Source of the DNA: Tubiluchus corallicola
Taxonomy: Eukaryota > Animalia > Priapulida
Assembly (NCBI GenBank): GCA_030141605.1
Contig: JAQGDQ010000295.1
Location: forward strand, 124,001 to 188,000
Direction of reading: 5' to 3'
DNA: 64,000 nucleotides
Positions 61,901-64,000 of the stretch are shown one piece after another. Within the stretch, counting starts at the first letter, position 1, and each line of letters starts with the position of its first letter. The notes under the pieces are model-generated. The model was not told where the DNA came from. It ran no database searches and saw only the letters and a list, made by a program, of their open reading frames with translations. Made by a program: the position numbers and the translations under genes.

Positions 61901-64000
61901 CAAAATGCTTTTAACTGTTTTCTTTGCTTTGTGGAGAAAAACTTAGTTTTCATCATTATTAGGTATTTGATATGCAAGGTATCAATAAAATTTAGAAGTA
62001 CAGTCGACCCTCGTTAAACCGGACCCCGTTAGCCCGGATATCGGATAAGACGGACGTCATCCGTGGCAAAGGAAACTGACCGATTTCCGTCCGAGCCGGA
62101 GCGCTAAACACAACACGGCCTACCAACTGTACAATAATTTCTTTATCCTCACATGTTAACTATTTTAAAGTAAGATACAGTATAGTATATAGTGCACAGT
62201 ATATAGTGCAATGTATATAGGCCTTATTAAGGTGATTATTCTTGTATGATATAGACCATATATAGGCATATCGGATAAATCGGACAATCGGCTAAACCGG
62301 ACCAACCCCCCCTCCCCCCATTAGTCCGGTTTAACGAGGGTTGACTGTATTTTGTTTCTGAAACAAGTTGGCTCGTCAGTTTTCTTGCAAGTTACTGCAA
62401 ACTAAGTGAGAACTGCTGAGTGTTCTTGTGCAAAAACTTGCGAAGGGACTTGCAACGCCGTTCACACTTGCGAGTTAACTCTCGGACAGAACTTGTGCAA
62501 GAACATGTGAGAAAGCTCTCTAGTCTGAATGTGTCATTATATCTACCCAGCCCGCTTGCACTGTGTCCATTTTCTGTATTTCAGATTTCAATTGTACAGC
62601 TCGAATTGATTAACATCGGTCTGTTCTTTGCCGTGTTTTTTGGGTGAGTACACGAGTGGTTGTAATCTGTCAATTTTAATTGCAGATTTCCTGTCAAGAG
62701 TACAGTCTGAACATTAACGTACTGGAATTCTTCATAGTTTTTTTCTGGTAAGTCAAGATAACAATCAAAAAGAAAAAAATGTGCTATTAATCCCAAAAGC
62801 CCTTGACCTCTGTCTGATGTTGATCAAAACAGTTCCAAATGAATAAACTAAAACATCTTTAAAGCCTTTACTAGATTTTGCATCATTAAATATGCATAGA
62901 TAGAATTAAAATAAAGGTAATTGATGTACAAAAAGCCCTTTTTCAAGTTTTTCATTAAAACAGATATTTTGGAGTCTATTGTGGGCTACCAATATATATA
63001 TGACTTTGAAAAGAAGTTGCATATCGTTAAGTATGTACACTGAAGAAGGATCCGGAATATGGTTTCGAAAATATCTGCTTTCTTTTTGCTAAAATTGTTT
63101 GAATAAAAAACTGCTTGAATGTCCATGTATCTGTCAATTATATCTATTCTAATTCTACAACAGCTTTACAAATTGACTTTCAAGTCTTTTTAAACTAGCA
63201 GCTGCAGCTACATTACATTTTACTGAATAAAATAATGTTAAAAATTGTGAATCATGTAGAGATTTAAGCTGTGACTTATTTAGGACGCATATATTCTGTA
63301 GCCATAATTATGTTTAATTTTATTCTGATAATGCAAAATGTGTTAATGTCGTAAACATCTCCAGAGAGATTGGACACTAATCAGCTAAACCCCTAACTGT
63401 AATTGTTGTATACAGCTAGAAAATAGCAAACTGCTTACAAACAACTGAGATCCAAACTGTTTACAAACATACGAGTTAAACTAGTAACAATACTATAAAT
63501 TAGTAAATCAAAGTTTTCACAAAGTGAGCCACGTGTGTAAGATTTTTAAGTTATCTGAAATGTAGGTTTTTGTGGGTGCTAAGACCTTTTAACTACAGAG
63601 AACATGGCTTAAGCTCTCCTGTATTTCATGCATTGCTTGCACCTCATTAGGGTAGTAGTAACTCCCTCTGTTTTCACGTGCATTTTTTTCTAAACTGAAA
63701 CCCAAGCAGTGCAAATCTGTGGCTTTCTTCCAGTTTTGTTTCCCACTCTCTAAATCGTGTTTGAGGGGGAGGTGTTGATTGTTGTTAACTGTTGTTGATT
63801 GCATTAACTGATCAAAATTAGAATTTTGACTATGTTTAACCAACTATGTGCACAATTTGCTTTAAGTATCATGATTTAATATTTAATAATTATTGCTGTT
63901 TTTAATTTTATTATTTTTGCTTACAGCTGCTTTTTGTCATTGTTGTTGATCTCGGCTATCGTGTGGAAAGTAAAAGACAAATATGAACACTACCGACGTC
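34749..64000 (+). CDS. ATRN: Attractin / attractin-like protein (invertebrate ATRN/ATRNL1 co-ortholog), gene span, 3'-partial, 24 exon positions, ~1120 aa in window
   Basis: Spliced translation: signal segment, EGF, CUB (FATECSWDHLYIYDGDSVYSPLVAAFSG), 2 EGF, six Kelch repeats (e.g. RFLHSA..GGNTHNDSSISRGAKCFS), PSI modules (FAYGQCLEW; CGWCD), laminin-EGF (CNCNGH; CTTKGVYGHTC) and TM ..CFLSLLLISAIVWKVK. All are attractin hallmarks; splice phases are consistent. Confidence 0.95.
35530..35576 (+). repeat. (GT)n/(GCGT)n microsatellite
   Basis: Directly visible. Confidence 0.9.
36515..37305 (+). repeat. ~800-bp T-rich low-complexity tract
   Basis: Extreme T/pyrimidine bias; yields spurious Phe/Leu-rich ORFs. 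Confidence 0.85.
37331..37531 (+). CDS. ATRN: Attractin exon 2 (CUB)
   Basis: tttcag|LKSLDGYVSDGYGNYVVSSKCFWLLD...FATECSWDHLYIYDGDSVYSPLVAAF(S)|gtgaga; absent from the ORF track. Confidence 0.96.
37964..38526 (-). mobile_element. Internally deleted hAT transposon with transposase C-terminal remnant
   Basis: TIR CAGGGGCATAGC / GCTATGCCACTG; TSD CTATGATC/CTATAATC; minus-strand ORF 38209-38391 has ALSFESELATELDYNKVINYFAKM, resembling the end of the hAT dimerisation domain. Confidence 0.8.
38775..38930 (+). CDS. ATRN: Attractin exon 3 (CUB C-part)
   Basis: tactag|GILDKDGD...PEVVAHSGKAFVYFYSDAGYVLTGFNISY(S)|gtgcgt. Confidence 0.94.
39017..39601 (+). mobile_element. TTAA-flanked Kolobok-like element, family A, full copy
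   Basis: TTAA|AGGGAAACCAGA...TGTTGTTTTCCT|TTAA; homologous to the 17082 and 50112 copies. Confidence 0.75.
40164..40345 (+). CDS. ATRN: Attractin exon 4 (two EGF-like)
   Basis: tttcag|TSSCPQQCLGRGDCIDGTCHCKEGWSGIDC...CECYPGYH(G)|gtgagt. Confidence 0.95.
40636..40801 (+). CDS. ATRN: Attractin exon 5 (Kelch 1)
   Basis: ttacag|KDCGT...PRSSHQAVVQDKYMWIAGGE...FLS(K)|gtatgt. Confidence 0.93.
40950..41030 (-). mobile_element. tRNA-derived SINE head (degenerate)
   Basis: Minus strand GGTAGTTCAA...AGAGCATGCGTTCTGAAAGCCCAAGGTTCTGGGTTCAAATC with A/B-box spacing. Similar B-box fragments at about 44620(-), 47370(-), 51165(+), 60838(+) and 18710-18770(+). Confidence 0.5.
41699..41795 (+). CDS. ATRN: Attractin exon 6 (Kelch)
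   Basis: ttgcag|YNLEDHSWTEV...LWGHSLIYYK|gtaata. Confidence 0.93.
42076..42331 (+). CDS. ATRN: Attractin exon 7 (Kelch)
   Basis: ttccag|DLDGNDQLWLFGG...AVFGHSATVVDDKMIVIFGNNPVYGYVSTVQEFDL|gtatgt. Confidence 0.94.
42457..42815 (+). mobile_element. PIF/Harbinger-like MITE, family C, copy 1
   Basis: TIR GGGGTAATGCACATATAACGATATCAAG / CTTGATATCATTATATGTGGATGGTCCC; TTA/TAA flanks; homologous to the 52317 and 56878 copies. Confidence 0.75.
42903..43105. mobile_element. PIF/Harbinger-type MITE, family B (inverted relative to the 33651 copy)
   Basis: Contains TTTATATTGTTTTCAATGCACCC, the reverse complement of the 33651-copy core; ends ACGTAAATGCCACT|TAA. Confidence 0.75.
43342..43546 (+). CDS. ATRN: Attractin exon 8 (Kelch)
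   Basis: tcatag|(E)TKEWQRS...VKGTFGHSAIYDEVTGFIYVYGG...RYDPRERS(W)|gtatgc. Confidence 0.93.
44877..45031 (+). CDS. ATRN: Attractin exon 9 (Kelch)
   Basis: ctccag|WFLVANDSPRFLHSAAII..GGNTHNDSSISRGAKCFSSNFLAYDT|gtgagt. Confidence 0.94.
46055..46190 (+). mobile_element. 3' fragment of hAT family D
   Basis: CAAATTAGCGCATATTTCAACACAATT...TTACCAAATGTTACCAAGGCTAA...CCCTAGCCTGCAGCCTATACTAGCCTA matches 61480-61600. Confidence 0.75.
46237..46389 (+). CDS. ATRN: Attractin exon 10 (Kelch 6)
   Basis: tcttag|CEKWHYL...ARYGHSAIAYAGKMYMFGGFSG...FHP|gtatgt. Confidence 0.94.
47515..47667 (+). CDS. ATRN: Attractin exon 11 (PSI-like)
   Basis: ctttag|(G)DCSHDREEECERATSGVKCVWNSANDSCL...KCPDP|gtatga. Confidence 0.92.
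48078..48211 (+). CDS. ATRN: Attractin exon 12 (PSI-like)
   Basis: ttgcag|(A)PTSHLCWTFSGKNCMNCLESSYDCVWCDNSCTDFFHCDNRTDHI|gtaagt; absent from the ORF track. Confidence 0.9.
48595..48739 (+). CDS. ATRN: Attractin exon 13 (PSI-like)
   Basis: tttcag|PMVNSSACTSQFMRTCRYEHTCAGCYENYPDNNCKW...YPY|gtaagc. Confidence 0.9.
48885..49214 (+). mobile_element. SINE-like element with a 5S rRNA-derived segment
   Basis: AAGGTTGAGCAGCACTGAAGCTGGTCA..TGGATGAGTGACTGCTGGGA resembles the 5S internal control region; A-rich tail near 49190-49214. Confidence 0.5.
49774..49956 (+). CDS. ATRN: Attractin exon 14 (PSI)
   Basis: ttttag|(G)NGQCKTPCSEFTSCEFC...CMWC...FAYGQCLEWQTNAGKCS|gtacaa. Confidence 0.94.
50112..50399 (+). 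mobile_element. Family A element, 3'-truncated copy
   Basis: Starts TTAA|AGAAAAACCGGACCCAA and aligns with the 5' half of the 39017 copy. Confidence 0.7.
50465..50659 (+). CDS. ATRN: Attractin exon 15 (PSI)
   Basis: tttcag|(E)MKCSGLKTCDACLNHHGCGWCDSG...WYYINCP|gtagtg. Confidence 0.94.
50725..50900 (+). repeat. Degenerate (GGACW)n pentamer repeat
   Basis: GGACT/GGACA/GGATT units. Confidence 0.8.
51377..52093 (+). mobile_element. TTAA-flanked Kolobok-like element, family E (partial homolog at ~5385-5500)
   Basis: TTAA|AGGGAGAACCA...TAGCTTTTGCT|TTAA; block GTGAA.TGATCGCAACTTTAAA.T.ATTTTACTAATT..CACGA shared by 51961 and 5385. Confidence 0.55.
52194..52268 (+). CDS. ATRN: Attractin exon 16 (laminin EGF)
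   Basis: tttcag|(A)CNCNGHGYCPENETYCVNCTNNTE|gtgatt. Confidence 0.93.
52317..52717 (+). mobile_element. PIF/Harbinger-like MITE, family C, copy 2
   Basis: TAA|GTTGCTATCCACAT...ATGTGGATAGCAAC|TAA, perfect 14-bp TIR. Confidence 0.8.
53355..53545 (+). repeat. 88-bp tandem duplication
   Basis: GTGTTATAG.TTTTTGGTG..TTGTAATTATGGTTTGTACA.GAAAGC at 53373 and 53461. Confidence 0.85.
53682..53747 (+). CDS. ATRN: Attractin exon 17 (laminin EGF)
   Basis: ttttag|(G)DNCETCVAGWYGNPEGHGVCE|gtgaca. Confidence 0.92.
55372..55465 (+). CDS. ATRN: Attractin exon 18 (laminin EGF)
   Basis: atgcag|(E)CLCYHGLDECDRKTGKCTCTTKGVYGHTCD(G)|gtatgc. Confidence 0.93.
56668..56720 (+). CDS. ATRN: Attractin exon 19
   Basis: ttgcag|CDEGNNFYGDAIDHTCF(Y)|gtaagt. 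Confidence 0.9.
56878..57234 (+). mobile_element. PIF/Harbinger-like MITE, family C, copy 3
   Basis: GGACCATCCACATAT...ATATGAAGATGGTCCC; shares CGAGGAC and TACCCCTTAT..TATCAATGTCACA blocks with the other copies. Confidence 0.75.
57446..58087. mobile_element. Tc1/mariner-superfamily (Tc2/pogo-like) MITE
   Basis: TA|CCGTATATACATGTGTACAAGTCG...CGACTTGTACATAAGTATATACGG (22/24 TIR); internal TGTACAAGTC repeats. Confidence 0.8.
58624..58718 (+). CDS. ATRN: Attractin exon 20
   Basis: tttcag|NISVGYVYTLTYSGESDKFITDSNFMCKPWK|gtcggt. Confidence 0.88.
59127..59196 (+). CDS. ATRN: Attractin exon 21
   Basis: atgtag|TGVDIAIYMNCSKWTPFNISYST|gttagt; its phases (0 to 1) are needed to join exons 20 and 22. 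Confidence 0.86.
59270..59725 (-). mobile_element. CR1-type LINE 3' remnant (pseudogenised ORF2 end)
   Basis: Minus strand reads YFYRLQILKLQTLEIRK*IFDL../VYKICN.. then LRRHNFKLYKNYCRLNICKFSFYNRIVDIWNYLTYDTVNAFNVKDF, the classic CR1 ORF2 C-terminus. Confidence 0.82.
60491..60645 (+). CDS. ATRN: Attractin exon 22
   Basis: ttctag|(D)SVPEKFIYEG...ENFTIYIYFYNIETPLEMR|gtaaga, ends phase 0. Confidence 0.9.
61247..61608. mobile_element. Non-autonomous hAT element, family D
   Basis: Perfect 8-bp TSD TTCATGGT; 3' end GGATAATCTGTCCCTG; shares TTCTTTAAATAAACTAGAA.AGCTAT and TTCAACACAATTG with the 26417 copy. Confidence 0.85.
62001..62347. mobile_element. pogo/Tigger-type MITE, young
   Basis: TA|CAGTCGACCCTCGTTAAACCGGAC...GTCCGGTTTAACGAGGGTTGACTG|TA (23/24 TIR, TA TSD); CpGs intact. 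Confidence 0.9.
62585..62643 (+). CDS. ATRN: Attractin exon 23a (juxtamembrane/TM N-half, alternative A)
   Basis: tttcag|ISIVQLELINIGLFFAVFF(G)|gtgagt; 59 nt, phase 0 to 2. Confidence 0.82.
62686..62747 (+). CDS. ATRN: Attractin exon 23b (juxtamembrane/TM N-half, alternative B)
   Basis: ttgcag|ISCQEYSLNINVLEFFIVFF(C)|gtaagt; 62 nt, phase 0 to 2. Confidence 0.8.
63927..64000 (+). CDS. ATRN: Attractin exon 24 (TM C-half, start of cytoplasmic tail), cut by window edge
   Basis: ttacag|CFLSLLLISAIVWKVKDKYEHYRR; compare vertebrate CFLSLLLVAAVVWKIK. Confidence 0.95.

Noticed and set aside
34749-64000. MEGF8 identity for gene 2
   Set aside because: One CUB, one Kelch propeller and the TM reached by about 1100 aa match attractin; MEGF8 is much longer with duplicated modules.

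Overview
Eukaryotic, AT-rich genomic DNA from an invertebrate animal, not a prokaryote. It holds two intron-rich + strand genes in tandem. (1) A complete lateral signaling target 2 gene (LST2/ZFYVE28, C-terminal FYVE domain): 14 coding exons, 128..32009, about 1151 aa by my manual assembly, with a 14.4-kb first intron and a 2-kb low-complexity exon. (2) An attractin/attractin-like gene (EGF-CUB-EGF-EGF-6xKelch-PSI-laminin EGF-TM) from 34749, running off the right edge just after the TM helix. All junctions I assembled are GT-AG and phase-consistent. Introns hold many non-autonomous DNA transposons (hAT, Tc1/mariner-pogo, piggyBac, PIF/Harbinger, Kolobok-like), CR1/L2-type LINE remnants, tRNA- and 5S-derived SINE fragments, palindromes and tandem repeats. 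The most notable observation is a tandemly duplicated, apparently mutually exclusive exon pair (62585-62643 and 62686-62747, 42 nt apart) giving two versions of the attractin juxtamembrane/first-half TM segment. Second is a near-canonical minimal hammerhead ribozyme motif at 11510-11550 (-), beside a 320-bp palindrome. Most ORF-track entries are spurious or exon fragments. Family assignments come from recalled consensus sequences; no searches were run.
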